The position numbers and the translations under genes were made by a program. This document shows, in pieces, positions 35,651 through 46,105 of a stretch of DNA of 64,000 nucleotides (within the stretch, counting starts at the first letter, position 1; every line of letters starts with the position of its first letter). The notes beneath the pieces were generated by a model. The model worked only from the letters and a program-made list of their open reading frames with translations, did not search any database and was not told where the DNA came from. Source of the DNA: Candidatus Kapaibacterium sp. (lineage in GTDB: Bacteria > Bacteroidota > Ignavibacteria > Kapaibacteriales > UBA2268); assembly GCA_963664875.1 (NCBI GenBank), contig OY761611.1, positions 2,880,001 to 2,944,000 of the forward strand. Direction: 5' to 3'.

Positions 35651-38182
35651 ATGACATCTAAAGAGATAAGACAATCCTTCCTTGACTTTTTTAAAGGCAA
35701 AGAGCATGCTATAGTGCCGTCTGCGCCTGTAGTGCCTCACGGCGACCCTACTTTGCTTTTTACTAATGCAGGTATGAACCAGTTCAAAGATGTATTTCTT
35801 GGACAGGGAAAAAGAGATTTTAACCGTGCTGCTGATACTCAAAAATGTATCCGTGTGAGCGGTAAACATAATGATCTTGAAGAAGTTGGTGTTGACACTT
35901 ACCACCATACTTTCTTTGAAATGCTTGGTAACTGGAGCTTTGGTGATTATTATAAAGAAGAAGCTATTGCTTGGGCTTGGGAACTTCTCACAGGAGTTTG
36001 GAAACTGCCTGCTGACAGACTTTACGCAACAGTTTTCGAATCAGATGATGAAGCTTTGGAAATCTGGAAAAAATATCTTCCTGAAAATCAAATCCAACGC
36101 CATGGCGCTAAAGATAACTTCTGGGAAATGGGCGAAACAGGTCCGTGCGGCCCTTGCTCTGAAGTACACTATGACAGAACAAAAGACAAATCAGGTGCAA
36201 AACTTGTAAATATGGATAGCCCTGAAGTTATAGAAATATGGAACCTTGTATTTATCCAATACAACAGAAAAGCTGACGGTTCTCTTGAAAATCTTGCTAA
36301 CACTCACGTTGATACAGGTATGGGATTTGAAAGAATCTGTGCAGTGCTTCAAGGTAAAAACTCAAACTACGACACAGATGTATTTATGCCGATTTTGAGA
36401 AAAATTGAAGAGTTGAGTGGCAAGGCTTATAGTACTGAATTGACTGACAAAACCGGTATTGCAATGCGTGTTATCGCTGACCACGTTCGTACACTTAGCT
36501 TTGCAATTGCCGATGGCGCTATGCCGGGCAATGAAGGCAGATCTTATGTCCTTCGCAGAATTTTGCGTCGTGGTTGCCGCTTTGCTAGAAATCTCGGTTT
36601 CAGAGAAGCTATGATGTACAAACTTGTTCCTACTTTAATTGAAGTAATGGGCGAGCAATTCCCTGAAATAGTTAAACAGCAGACAACAATCGAAAAAATC
36701 ATCAAAGGCGAAGAGGAATCATTCCTTCAGACTCTTGATAGAGGGATCGAAAAATTTGAAGAGATGACAAAAGACCTAAAAGATAATACTATCGCAGGTG
36801 CAGATGCATTTATGCTTTATGATACTTTTGGTTTTCCTCTTGACCTGACTGAGCTAATGGCTCGCGAAGCAGGCTATAAAGTTGACATCGAAGGCTTCAA
36901 TGCAAACATGAAAGAGCAAAAAGAACGCTCTCGTGCAGCTCGCAAAGTTACTTCTCAGGAAGCAGAAATACCTGAAGTAAATGAAAAATCAGAGTTTATT
37001 GGTTATCATACTTTAGAAGCCGAAGCAAAAATTCTTTGGGCAGATGATAATAAAGTAGTTCTTGACAAAACTCCATTTTATGCAGAAAGCGGTGGTCAAG
37101 TGTCAGATCATGGCACGCTTACAATAGCTGCTAATAAATATGATGTTATCGACGTTAGAAAAGTGGGTGATGCTATTATTCATATCTGCGACCGCGAAGT
37201 AGAGCAGCTTATCGGCGGTTCAGCTCTTGCAAAAGTAGATGAAAAACGCAGACAAGCTATCAAACGAAACCACTCTGCAACTCACCTCTTGCACGAAGCG
37301 CTTCGCACTGTTCTCGGTAATCACGTGCAGCAGGCAGGTTCACTTGTAGCTCCTGATTATCTACGTTTCGACTTTAACCACTTTGAAAAAGTAACAGATG
37401 AGCAAATCGAGCAAATCGAAAGGCTTGCAAACGAAAAAATACTGGAAGCTCATTCAGTAGATATTGAAGAAAAATCTATCGAAGATGCTCAGAAAAACGA
37501 TAAAATCAAAATGTTCTTCGGAGACAAGTACGGCTCAACAGTTCGAGTAATTACTATGGATCCTAGCTATTCTATGGAGCTGTGTGGTGGTACTCACGTT
37601 AGTAACACAGCAGAAATCGGTTTGGTAAAAATTACATCTGAGTCTTCTATTGCTGCCGGCGTTCGTCGTTTGGAAGCAGTAACAGGCAAAGGTGTGGAAG
37701 AATATATCCATAATCAAAATGCTAAGCTAAAAGAAAAAGACGTTACTATTGCGGAATTGCATCACAAAATCAAGCAAATGGAAAAAGAAATGTCTGAGCT
37801 AAAAGTGCAGGGCATGGCTTCGCTTGTTCCTGATATGATAGCTGCGGCTGAGCTTGTGGGCGAAATCAGAGTAGTAGCCAAAGAAGTAGAAGCAGAAGAT
37901 ATGGATCAGCTCCGCGACCTTGGCGAGGAGCTTAGAAACGGTTTCGGCAAACAGGGTATCGGTCTTCTTGCTCGCATAGATGAAGATAAAGTGCAGCTCG
38001 TGTGCGTTGCTACTGATGACTTAGTCAAATCGCATCCTGCAGGCAAATTAGTCGGAGCTGCTGCAAAAGCACTTGGCGGCGGCGGAGGTGGTAAACCTCA
38101 CATGGCTACAGCAGGCGGCAGAGATGTATCAAAATTGCCTGAATTACTATCAAACTTTGCCGCAATGGTAAAAGATATGTAG
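35651..38182 (+). CDS. alaS: Alanine--tRNA ligase
   Basis: LLFTNAGMNQFK, HHTFFEMLGN, GPCGPCSE, DTGMGFER, NHSATHLL, ELCGGTH, GGGGG. Confidence 0.99.
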   Translation: MTSKEIRQSFLDFFKGKEHAIVPSAPVVPHGDPTLLFTNAGMNQFKDVFLGQGKRDFNRAADTQKCIRVSGKHNDLEEVGVDTYHHTFFEMLGNWSFGDYYKEEAIAWAWELLTGVWKLPADRLYATVFESDDEALEIWKKYLPENQIQRHGAKDNFWEMGETGPCGPCSEVHYDRTKDKSGAKLVNMDSPEVIEIWNLVFIQYNRKADGSLENLANTHVDTGMGFERICAVLQGKNSNYDTDVFMPILRKIEELSGKAYSTELTDKTGIAMRVIADHVRTLSFAIADGAMPGNEGRSYVLRRILRRGCRFARNLGFREAMMYKLVPTLIEVMGEQFPEIVKQQTTIEKIIKGEEESFLQTLDRGIEKFEEMTKDLKDNTIAGADAFMLYDTFGFPLDLTELMAREAGYKVDIEGFNANMKEQKERSRAARKVTSQEAEIPEVNEKSEFIGYHTLEAEAKILWADDNKVVLDKTPFYAESGGQVSDHGTLTIAANKYDVIDVRKVGDAIIHICDREVEQLIGGSALAKVDEKRRQAIKRNHSATHLLHEALRTVLGNHVQQAGSLVAPDYLRFDFNHFEKVTDEQIEQIERLANEKILEAHSVDIEEKSIEDAQKNDKIKMFFGDKYGSTVRVITMDPSYSMELCGGTHVSNTAEIGLVKITSESSIAAGVRRLEAVTGKGVEEYIHNQNAKLKEKDVTIAELHHKIKQMEKEMSELKVQGMASLVPDMIAAAELVGEIRVVAKEVEAEDMDQLRDLGEELRNGFGKQGIGLLARIDEDKVQLVCVATDDLVKSHPAGKLVGAAAKALGGGGGGKPHMATAGGRDVSKLPELLSNFAAMVKDM

Positions 38183-38237
38183 CATATTCACAACCGTAGG
38201 GCTCGCCCTGCTGTTAGGAATAGGAAATATAAAATAG

Positions 38238-38282
38238 AACCGCAGAGAGTAAATGACAATAAACTCTCTGCGGTTTTTTTTT
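38238..38282 (+). terminator. Intrinsic terminator after alaS
   Basis: 13-bp stem aaccgcagagagt/actctctgcggtt followed by a T-tract. Confidence 0.9.
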
Positions 38283-38348
38283 GAGACCTTTTACAATTAA
38301 ATGTGTTTATCATTATAGATAGATAATTTTATGTTGTGGAGGTATAAG

Positions 38349-41300
38349 ATGAAAACGTTATTTTACATATTATTTTTAATTGCAAGTGTAGCAAGTTTAA
38401 GCGCAGTAGAGTGGGAAAAAATTGATTTACCATCTTATCCGTATTATGAGGTCAAACATAACTCCAACCTTTCTGAATTAGAAATACACGGGGTGGATTC
38501 TTTACCAAAACCTAAAGCAAAGTATCAAGTCGATTATGATTTCGAATCAACTATTTGCCAATCCTTTTTCGATTTAGGAATAGATACTGTAGATTTTAAA
38601 AGTAATCACAGTATTGCTAATCCTTTTTTCAATGTACTATTTGTATCAATTCCTTCGCAAGATAAATGCCTATATTCAAAGGACGGAGGTCGAATTTGGG
38701 CAGTTACCGGCTCAGAAATAGAAAATTTGTCTTTTGGTGCTCTGTTTGAGTCGGTTGTTGTTGGCAATAGCTTTTTTGTATGCCCACATACACCGGATGT
38801 AATATTGCAAACTAAGGATTCTTGTAAAACATGGACAATATTTGCTGATGATATATCTGATCAAAAATTGGACCCTAGCTATAACCAACTTCAGGCAGTC
38901 AATGATTCTACACTGTTTTATATACAGCAATCAGCTTATTTTCTTGATTCTACAGTCTATCATAATACGATAACAAACAAAAAAGAATCTTCAGTTATTC
39001 CTTCTTACATGATGAAATGGTCTTATGATCCAACAGTTGTGAGAGGAGATACAATAGATTATTTTTTATGGTATTTGCCTAGCTATATATACAGAAGCAT
39101 TGATAGAGGTAATACATGGGGAATATGGTTTGATATGACAGATGTGTTTCACAAACTAGCTCCGGCAGCTGCTAATCAAGGAATTGAATATACTTTTGAT
39201 GGTGATGTAATAACAGCAGTCATGGACAGAAAGGGTTCGGATGGTAAGTTTGAAAACCGATATTGCGTTTCTCCTGACTATGGAAAGACATGGTATTTTA
39301 CCGACAAGGAAAAACCAATTGTAATCAATGGTGCATGTTATTTCCCAAAAGGCACATATATTCAATATGATACATTATTAGATTTGCGCTCAAACGCTTA
39401 TTTTTTGGGTACTGATTATGGAACTTATAGAGAATCCGGCAATAAAGCATACTATCAAACTAGAGTGACAAATAATAATGACATCAAAAATCTAAATCAG
39501 GTAACATGGGACAAGTATAATTTCACAGAGGAGCAAATATATCTTACAAAACATGATAAAGAATATTTCCTTGATGAAGGTATATTACATCTCCGCAAAC
39601 AACCGGAATCAATAGAATTGGCTTCAAGTATCTCTTCTTTTGAAGTAATTTTAGAAACTCCTTGGCTTGATATTCTGCTTTGCCAAAACTCAGAAGAGAA
39701 TTCACATCGATTGTTATATATCAAAGATTCAGAAGTTGTTGAAGAGATGTTAGTAACAGAAAATCAAGAAATTTTTGCAGGTATAAATACAGAAAACCCG
39801 GATCAGATATATTACATTTATATAGAAAAATCCGATAATATTAAGCTCATATCTGAAGATATAAATAAAGCAGGTAAAGATACTATTGAATTGAATCTTG
39901 ATATAAATGATGATAAGATTATCAAGTCCATTCTTAGCGGAGACAACTTATATCTAATCGGCAAAGAGAAGCTGTATATATCTGACAACAAAGGTTCTTC
40001 ATTTATATCAATTACAAACCCTCAAACATATAAAGCAAAAGATGTTTTGTGTGACAACGTAGCAGTATATCAAGGTGATATTTATACTTCGGGATCAAAA
40101 GGAATTCTAAAGCTAAATGATAAACTTGAATGGGAAAACGTGCTTGATAGTGTTACAACTGCTTATGCTTTTGCAGTAGAGTTTTTGAACAATAAAATCT
40201 ACGCTTACACAGAGGAAGGACTTTTTGTAAGCCTGGCTACCAATAAAGTCAGCACAGAAGACGGAAACCGAAATACAATTATTGAAACATCCGGTGGAAT
40301 CTATTTTGGCTACTCAAATGTCTTTTGCTTTTATGCAGATCGGCTGCAGCAAGAATATGCCGGCAGATTCTCCTATGTTGTTTATCACGGGAATTACGAA
40401 AGTAGCACTCCTAAAAATGATACTGATCCCGATTTTAGAACAGAGGGAGCAGACAGTGTACTAGCATATATTCGGGATTTAAACGAATTGAACAGGAATT
40501 ATTATATTGATATTACGGATGGCGATGAAGTTACTGATCCGATGGACAAAATTCACGCCCAGACTTCAGAAGTAAATATATCAGTTTCAGCAGATGTAAA
40601 CCCTAATACAAGGGAGCTTACTGCAAATGTTTCCTATTTGTACAAAAAAGAAGGTAGTGGCTCGCATACTTTGTCTGTATTCCTGCTTCAGGACTATATA
40701 AAAGGAAAACAAGAATTGTATACAAATGTTTTACTACCACCATTGGCTCTGGATGGTCAATATTACCACCGCAACGTGTTCAGAATGAGCCTAAGTGACG
40801 ATGCTAAAGGAGACAAAATACCGAATACTTCTGAAGGTATTTACGGCGAAAGGAATTTTAAAATTATCTTACCTGACACAATTGGAAATATCAAACTTGA
40901 ATTGGCCGATTTGAAGCTTATAGCTTTTATAAACAAAGAAGATGAATATAAAGAAGTTTTGCAGGTTGTAGAAACTGAAGTAAATCTTCCTGACAAAAAC
41001 CTTGTAAATCTGAACATAGAAGACATTACAGAAACTAAATATGAGTATTTCTTTAATGAATTTATTCCTAAAGTTCACATTACAAACTATGGTTCAACTA
41101 ATATAAATCAGTTTGATTTGAACTTGAAACTTACAGACACTACTTACTCAAATACATACTATGAAAAAATCAATAACAACTTTGCTAAATCTGTTATTGT
41201 TGATACTGTTAAAGCTGATTTTGTCGGGAACTATTCCTTTGCAGTTACAGGTTTTGGGAATATTAACAATTCCCACGTGACAGGAGAATATATTGCGGAC

Positions 41301-42461
41301 AATAATCCCCTAGATAATGATTGTTTGATAGAGGGCATTAGGCTCCAAAGAAATGCTTTTGTATATACCCAATTTACTTTTGAAGAGGATTCAGATAAGA
41401 ACTATGGTATAGAATATCGCAATGGTCTTTCGGTTCAACTTCTAAAATCTACAAATGGAGATTCAATTGGTGCAGAAAATTCCCATAATACTTTACAATT
41501 TTATTTAGGTAAATCAGGTGAATATGAGTTTAAAACAGCTTATGTAGTTTTTGGAGAAGCTGATTTTACTAGTGTATCTGAAGCTTATATGTCTTACTAT
41601 TATGCGTATTTAGCCGACGAAGCAGGCGGAACTCTACCAACTTGTACTTCTGAGTACTCTACTGACGACGGTAAGACTTGGATAGAAATACATTCTATGA
41701 ATCTGAAACAAACATCCTCAACTAAATCACCTTATCATAAACTTCATTCAGATGAATATATAAAAGAGTATGTTCCCATAAAGGAATGCATAGGCAAAAA
41801 AGTGATACTTAGAATTGGCATTACAGCCGGCTTAGACGGTTTAGCCTGCTGGCTCGATCAGATTAGTATAAGCAACTCTGCTCCTATTTTGTCAGCATCA
41901 ACAGATAAAATGGATTTTGGCAAAGTAACAATAGCAGATAACTCATACAGCGAAAGAACAGTACAGTTAAATAATATCGGCTCTGAAACACTTACACTCG
42001 AATCATTCAATTTCAGGGGCGCTGACGCTGCAGCCTTCGAATTTGTAGATATTCAAAAGGATACAAGCTTGGCAGCGGGAGAATCGCTGATTGTAACAAT
42101 CAGATTCACTCCGAAAGAAAATTCGCAATATTTAGCAAACTTAGAATTTGAAACAAATGATCCGGAAAACAAAACTTCGATCATCAGATTAGAAGGTTGG
42201 GGAGAAGGAACATCTATAGCTGAGAAAGAAACATCAGAAGTCTCACTTTCTATCTCTCCTAACCCTGCCTCTGAGTATATTTACTACTCATTTGGCGGCA
42301 ATATAGAGCAAATAGAAATAATCGACCTAAACGGCAAAACATTCCAAACAGAAAGCAACGGAAACCAAATTGATATTTCAAATCTAAGTTCAGGCACTTA
42401 CTTCCTGAAAATAAAATCCGACGGCAGAGCTTTCTTGAAGCAGTTTGTTGTAGCCAGATAA
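38349..42461 (+). CDS. Large secreted protein with Asp-box repeats, Omp28-like domain, Ig-like domain and T9SS C-terminal sorting domain
   Basis: Signal peptide; SxDxGxTW repeats; YYHRNVFR; DFGKV..NNIG..L; ISPNPASE...SGTYFLKI...QFVV. Confidence 0.85.
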   Translation: MKTLFYILFLIASVASLSAVEWEKIDLPSYPYYEVKHNSNLSELEIHGVDSLPKPKAKYQVDYDFESTICQSFFDLGIDTVDFKSNHSIANPFFNVLFVSIPSQDKCLYSKDGGRIWAVTGSEIENLSFGALFESVVVGNSFFVCPHTPDVILQTKDSCKTWTIFADDISDQKLDPSYNQLQAVNDSTLFYIQQSAYFLDSTVYHNTITNKKESSVIPSYMMKWSYDPTVVRGDTIDYFLWYLPSYIYRSIDRGNTWGIWFDMTDVFHKLAPAAANQGIEYTFDGDVITAVMDRKGSDGKFENRYCVSPDYGKTWYFTDKEKPIVINGACYFPKGTYIQYDTLLDLRSNAYFLGTDYGTYRESGNKAYYQTRVTNNNDIKNLNQVTWDKYNFTEEQIYLTKHDKEYFLDEGILHLRKQPESIELASSISSFEVILETPWLDILLCQNSEENSHRLLYIKDSEVVEEMLVTENQEIFAGINTENPDQIYYIYIEKSDNIKLISEDINKAGKDTIELNLDINDDKIIKSILSGDNLYLIGKEKLYISDNKGSSFISITNPQTYKAKDVLCDNVAVYQGDIYTSGSKGILKLNDKLEWENVLDSVTTAYAFAVEFLNNKIYAYTEEGLFVSLATNKVSTEDGNRNTIIETSGGIYFGYSNVFCFYADRLQQEYAGRFSYVVYHGNYESSTPKNDTDPDFRTEGADSVLAYIRDLNELNRNYYIDITDGDEVTDPMDKIHAQTSEVNISVSADVNPNTRELTANVSYLYKKEGSGSHTLSVFLLQDYIKGKQELYTNVLLPPLALDGQYYHRNVFRMSLSDDAKGDKIPNTSEGIYGERNFKIILPDTIGNIKLELADLKLIAFINKEDEYKEVLQVVETEVNLPDKNLVNLNIEDITETKYEYFFNEFIPKVHITNYGSTNINQFDLNLKLTDTTYSNTYYEKINNNFAKSVIVDTVKADFVGNYSFAVTGFGNINNSHVTGEYIADNNPLDNDCLIEGIRLQRNAFVYTQFTFEEDSDKNYGIEYRNGLSVQLLKSTNGDSIGAENSHNTLQFYLGKSGEYEFKTAYVVFGEADFTSVSEAYMSYYYAYLADEAGGTLPTCTSEYSTDDGKTWIEIHSMNLKQTSSTKSPYHKLHSDEYIKEYVPIKECIGKKVILRIGITAGLDGLACWLDQISISNSAPILSASTDKMDFGKVTIADNSYSERTVQLNNIGSETLTLESFNFRGADAAAFEFVDIQKDTSLAAGESLIVTIRFTPKENSQYLANLEFETNDPENKTSIIRLEGWGEGTSIAEKETSEVSLSISPNPASEYIYYSFGGNIEQIEIIDLNGKTFQTESNGNQIDISNLSSGTYFLKIKSDGRAFLKQFVVAR

Positions 42462-42485
42462 AAACAATTATCAGTAGTAAAATCA

Positions 42486-42521
42486 GCAGAGGGTATATAA
42501 AAATACTCTCTGTTTTTTTTT
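42486..42521 (+). terminator. Intrinsic terminator after the T9SS cargo gene
   Basis: gcagagggtat/atactctctgt stem followed by a T-tract. Confidence 0.85.
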
Positions 42522-42543
42522 GAGTTTTATATTCAGATGCAAT

Positions 42544-42634
42544 AAAAAAAGCCGCAATTCTTTGTTTGAATATGCGGCTCAGGGTTTAGTGCTAAGCTTG
42601 TATGAGTTAAGCTTTTATGAGTAGGGTTGTTACT
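42544..42634 (-). ncRNA. Candidate ECF-sigma-dependent sRNA (~90 nt)
   Basis: Upstream TGAAAC-N16-CGTA; internal 15-nt tandem repeat; terminator agccgca/tgcggct with U-tract on minus. Confidence 0.55.
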
Positions 42635-42640
42635 AATTGA

Positions 42641-42666
42641 TACGCCTGAGCTATTTAAAAGTTTCA
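42641..42666 (-). promoter_or_regulatory. ECF-sigma promoter TGAAAC-N16-CGTA
   Basis: Exact match to the B. subtilis SigW-type consensus on the minus strand. Confidence 0.6.
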
Positions 42667-42784
42667 AAACTATTTCCAATATTTTAGCTCTGCAAAAGCA
42701 TTTCTCGAAATCTTAACTTTTTCAGCTGATTTTTCGTATTTTTGCTTAGTTATTATGTCAAATTTATTTTCGGGATATAAAATT

Positions 42785-43883
42785 ATGTTCGAACCGCAAA
42801 GAGAAAAGCTCAGAGGTTTGGAGTCAAGAGTCAATCAACTACGGAGGTTCCTTTGACATTGACGGTAAGTTAGCAATGATCAAAGAAAAAGAAGAACTCT
42901 CCCATGTCGAAGGCTTTTGGAATGATAATATCAAAGCTCAGGAGATAATGAGACAAATTTCGGAGGCGAAAGACTGGGTAAAGGTATGGGAGGACACAAA
43001 TGCTGCAGTGCAGGATGCAGTTGCCTTCATAGAATTGGCAGAAGAAGAAAAAGATGAATCCATGGAAGCTGATGCAAATGCAGAAGTAGAACAAGCAGAA
43101 AAAATTGTCAGTTCATTAGAAGTCCGAAAATTATTGGGTCACAAAGATGACGACAGAACCGCTATTCTTGCTATCAATGCGGGAGCCGGAGGCACTGAGG
43201 CATGCGATTGGGCTCACATGCTGCTGCGTATGTATGTGCGTTGGGCTGAAAGAAAAAATTACAAAGTTGCTTTGCTTGAAGAACTCGAGGGTGATGGAGC
43301 CGGAATTAAATCTGCTTCAATAGAGATTACAGGTAAGTTCGCTTATGGCTATTTAAAAGCAGAAAACGGTGTACACAGATTAGTTCGTATCTCACCGTTT
43401 GATTCGAATGCAAGAAGACACACTTCTTTTGCTTCTGTTTTTGTATATCCCGAAGTTGATGATGATATAGACATTGAAATCAATCCGGCTGATTGCGAAT
43501 GGGACACTTTCAGAGCCGGAGGAAAAGGTGGTCAAAATGTGAACAAAGTCGAAACAGCCGTCAGACTTAGACACATTCCATCAGGCATTGTGGTAGCCTG
43601 CCAGCAGGAACGTTCTCAATTCCAAAACAGAGAAAGAGCTTTGAAAATGTTGAAATCAAGGCTTTATAAAAAACGTATGGAAGAAGAGGAAAAAGAAAAA
43701 GCTGCTGTCGAGGGTGCTAAAAAGAAAATCGAATGGGGAAGCCAAATCCGTAGCTACGTTTTCCAACCATATACCATGGTTAATGACCACCGCTCTGAAT
43801 ACAAACGAACTGATATTCATGCAGTGATGGATGGGGATTTGGACGATTTTATAAAAGAATTTTTAATGCTGCTCGAAGATTAA
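42785..43883 (+). CDS. prfB: Peptide chain release factor 2 with programmed +1 frameshift
   Basis: ATG at 42785; GGAGG-ttc-CTT-TGA-C slip site at 42843-42857; +1 frame joins ORF 42876..43883 with SPF and GGQ motifs. Confidence 0.97.
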
Positions 43884-43909
43884 GAGCTATAAGATAAAAT
43901 TTGACAAAA

Positions 43910-43943
43910 CAAAGGGGTATCATTTTCATAATGTACCCCTTTG
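43910..43943. terminator. Hairpin between convergent prfB and the ammonia-lyase gene
   Basis: caaaggggta/tacccctttg inverted repeat. Confidence 0.7.
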
Positions 43944-43967
43944 CTGTAAATATGATTCAGAAAGGAA

Positions 43968-45560
43968 CTATGCAAGCAAATCATACAATTTATCAGATTC
44001 GATGAGTTCTATGCGAACTTTTTCAACTTCATCCTGCATATATCTGTCTTCTGTAACAACAGGGAATACATCTTTCATATTTTCAATCAAAGTTTTACCT
44101 GTAGTCCCTGCTACCATTTTTGCATCCTGAGGAATTTTTCCTGCTTCTTTCCAGCTGCTTTCCATTTTTTCAAGTACATAATAGCCTTGTCGGATAATAG
44201 AAGCCTGAAGAGCAAGCTGAACTGAGTGAAGCTCAATTGCATCTCTCATATTCAAAATAACAGTAGGAGCATGTGAAACATGGTCTTCCTGATGGCTTGC
44301 GCTACTTTGAGCATGCAAAAATGCAGTATTGTTTTTAGATAGCAGCAAGTTGCCATGAGCTGTGTGGCTATATTCTAAAATCATCATGCCGCTGCTGATT
44401 GAGTGGTTAGCTTCCGGAGAAATAAGGCAGCTAACACCTAAACGGTTTTTGTCTTTATCAACTATTCTTCTTACTAATGACATATTTATAGCTACAGTGC
44501 CACAGAAAGCATTAAATAAGTTAGCTGCTGCGATAGAAAGCGGCATACCATGGAAATTACCACCTGAAATAACCATGTCGTCAAATACTAACGGGTTATC
44601 AGTAGCAGAGTTCATTTCAATTTCTAATTTCTTTTTAGTTTCGTCCATTGCATCAAACAAAGGTCCGTAAACCTGAGGCAAACAGCGAGAGCTGTAAGGA
44701 TCCTGAACATTTACATCATAATCAAAGCTTTCGTGAGCTTTTCTGATTTGGCTTTCTGCAAATACACCTTTCAAGATAGCTGCAGCTTTAGCTTGCCCCG
44801 GATATGGACGTAAAGCGTGTATTTCAGGGGTGAAAGGTAAGTCCGAAGCCATCATGATTTCTGACATCATTCCTGCAAACAACAGACCTAAAGTAGCTCG
44901 TTTTTCAATTTGATATAAGTTCCAAGCAAGAAAAGCATTTGACCATTGCATCCCGTTATTCAAAGCCAAGCCTTCTTTTGCGGCTAATTCGATCGGTTTC
45001 AAACCTGCTTTTTCAAGTGCTATTCCGGCATCTATCAGCTCATCTTTATAATAACATTTTCCTTCGCCCATCAAGTTCAAAGCAATGTGCGAAAGCGGAG
45101 ACAAGTCTCCGGATGCACCTAAAGAACCTGCTTCAGGGATATAAGGATAAATATCATCGCAATTAGCGAAATCAACAATTGATTGAAGCAATTCGAATCT
45201 GATACCGCTGTGTCCTTTAGAAAGAGCGTTAGCTCTGAACAGCATAGACATTTTAGCGATTTGTTTTATCGTTGGTTTGCCAAATGAGATAGAGTGTGTT
45301 CTAATCAAGTTTTTCTGAAGCTCAATCAAACCTTCCTCAGACACAGCTACATCTTGATTTTGACCAAAACCGCGAGTAAAGCCATAAACCGGTTTGCCTG
45401 ATTTGGTAGAAGCAATTACTGCTTCTCTGTTTGCTTCTACTTTAGCTTTTACATCTTTATCTAATTCAATTTTACAATTACCAAGAGCAAAAGATATAGC
45501 TTGCTCAAAAGTAAGATTGCTACCGTTTAAAACAATATTAGAGTGATGATGCGAATCCAT
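43968..45560 (-). CDS. hutH: Aromatic amino acid ammonia-lyase, probably histidine ammonia-lyase
   Basis: MIO motif GASGDL, VYGFTRGFG, KEGLALNNG, QDPYS, DNPL, GGNFHG, QEDHVS; HAL-like His in LIRTH. Confidence 0.8.
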   Translation of the reverse strand: MDSHHHSNIVLNGSNLTFEQAISFALGNCKIELDKDVKAKVEANREAVIASTKSGKPVYGFTRGFGQNQDVAVSEEGLIELQKNLIRTHSISFGKPTIKQIAKMSMLFRANALSKGHSGIRFELLQSIVDFANCDDIYPYIPEAGSLGASGDLSPLSHIALNLMGEGKCYYKDELIDAGIALEKAGLKPIELAAKEGLALNNGMQWSNAFLAWNLYQIEKRATLGLLFAGMMSEIMMASDLPFTPEIHALRPYPGQAKAAAILKGVFAESQIRKAHESFDYDVNVQDPYSSRCLPQVYGPLFDAMDETKKKLEIEMNSATDNPLVFDDMVISGGNFHGMPLSIAAANLFNAFCGTVAINMSLVRRIVDKDKNRLGVSCLISPEANHSISSGMMILEYSHTAHGNLLLSKNNTAFLHAQSSASHQEDHVSHAPTVILNMRDAIELHSVQLALQASIIRQGYYVLEKMESSWKEAGKIPQDAKMVAGTTGKTLIENMKDVFPVVTEDRYMQDEVEKVRIELIESDKLYDLLA

Positions 45561-45700
45561 TATAACTCCGAATAATATTTATATTTCATACACTTAAATT
45601 TATCAGTGCAAATTAAGAAAAAAGCTTTTGATTTCGCATCATATTAAGGCAATTTAATTGTATGAGACTAAAGATTAATTTAATGTTATGCAGGACTTTT

Positions 45701-46105
45701 TTATGATTGCAATTCTTTTAGAAGAGCGAGATCGTGTGATAGGTCTATAAGGTTTCTTACGCTACCTTGTGTTACTTCTAAATAAGTAACATTGAATCGG
45801 GAGACAACATATTCTTCGGCACCTTCAATTGCATTTGAGATGAGTTCTACAAGGTCGTTGATGTGTCGTTTAAGTTCATATTCAAGTTTATCGGTCAGTT
45901 CACTTGAGCCGGAAGCACGTCTTAAAGTTTCTGATATTTTCCAAAGAGACTTACCCGAAAAGACAATTCTATTAAGAAGCTCATGGTCTAATTTTAATGC
46001 TATCAGCTCAAGAATTGCAGCTAAATCAGCTTCTTTGCGAAGACTGTTGTCTGATTTTATATTCAGTGCCTCTATGATTTGTAATATATCTTCGGAATAT
46101 TCCAT
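45701..46105 (-). CDS. Hypothetical alpha-helical protein
   Basis: 134-aa ORF co-oriented with its neighbours. Confidence 0.65.
   Translation of the reverse strand: MEYSEDILQIIEALNIKSDNSLRKEADLAAILELIALKLDHELLNRIVFSGKSLWKISETLRRASGSSELTDKLEYELKRHINDLVELISNAIEGAEEYVVSRFNVTYLEVTQGSVRNLIDLSHDLALLKELQS

Noticed and set aside
38196-38211. GTAGGGCTCGCCCTGC after alaS as a GTAG-type REP
   Set aside because: Single short copy with no similarity to the REPs flanking the transposase.
42593-42622. 15-nt tandem repeat as a mini-CRISPR
   Set aside because: Only two adjacent units, no spacers and no cas genes.
42785-42876. In-frame TGA early in prfB as a pseudogene or sequencing error
   Set aside because: It is the canonical programmed +1 frameshift (SD-like GGAGG plus CTT-TGA-C).
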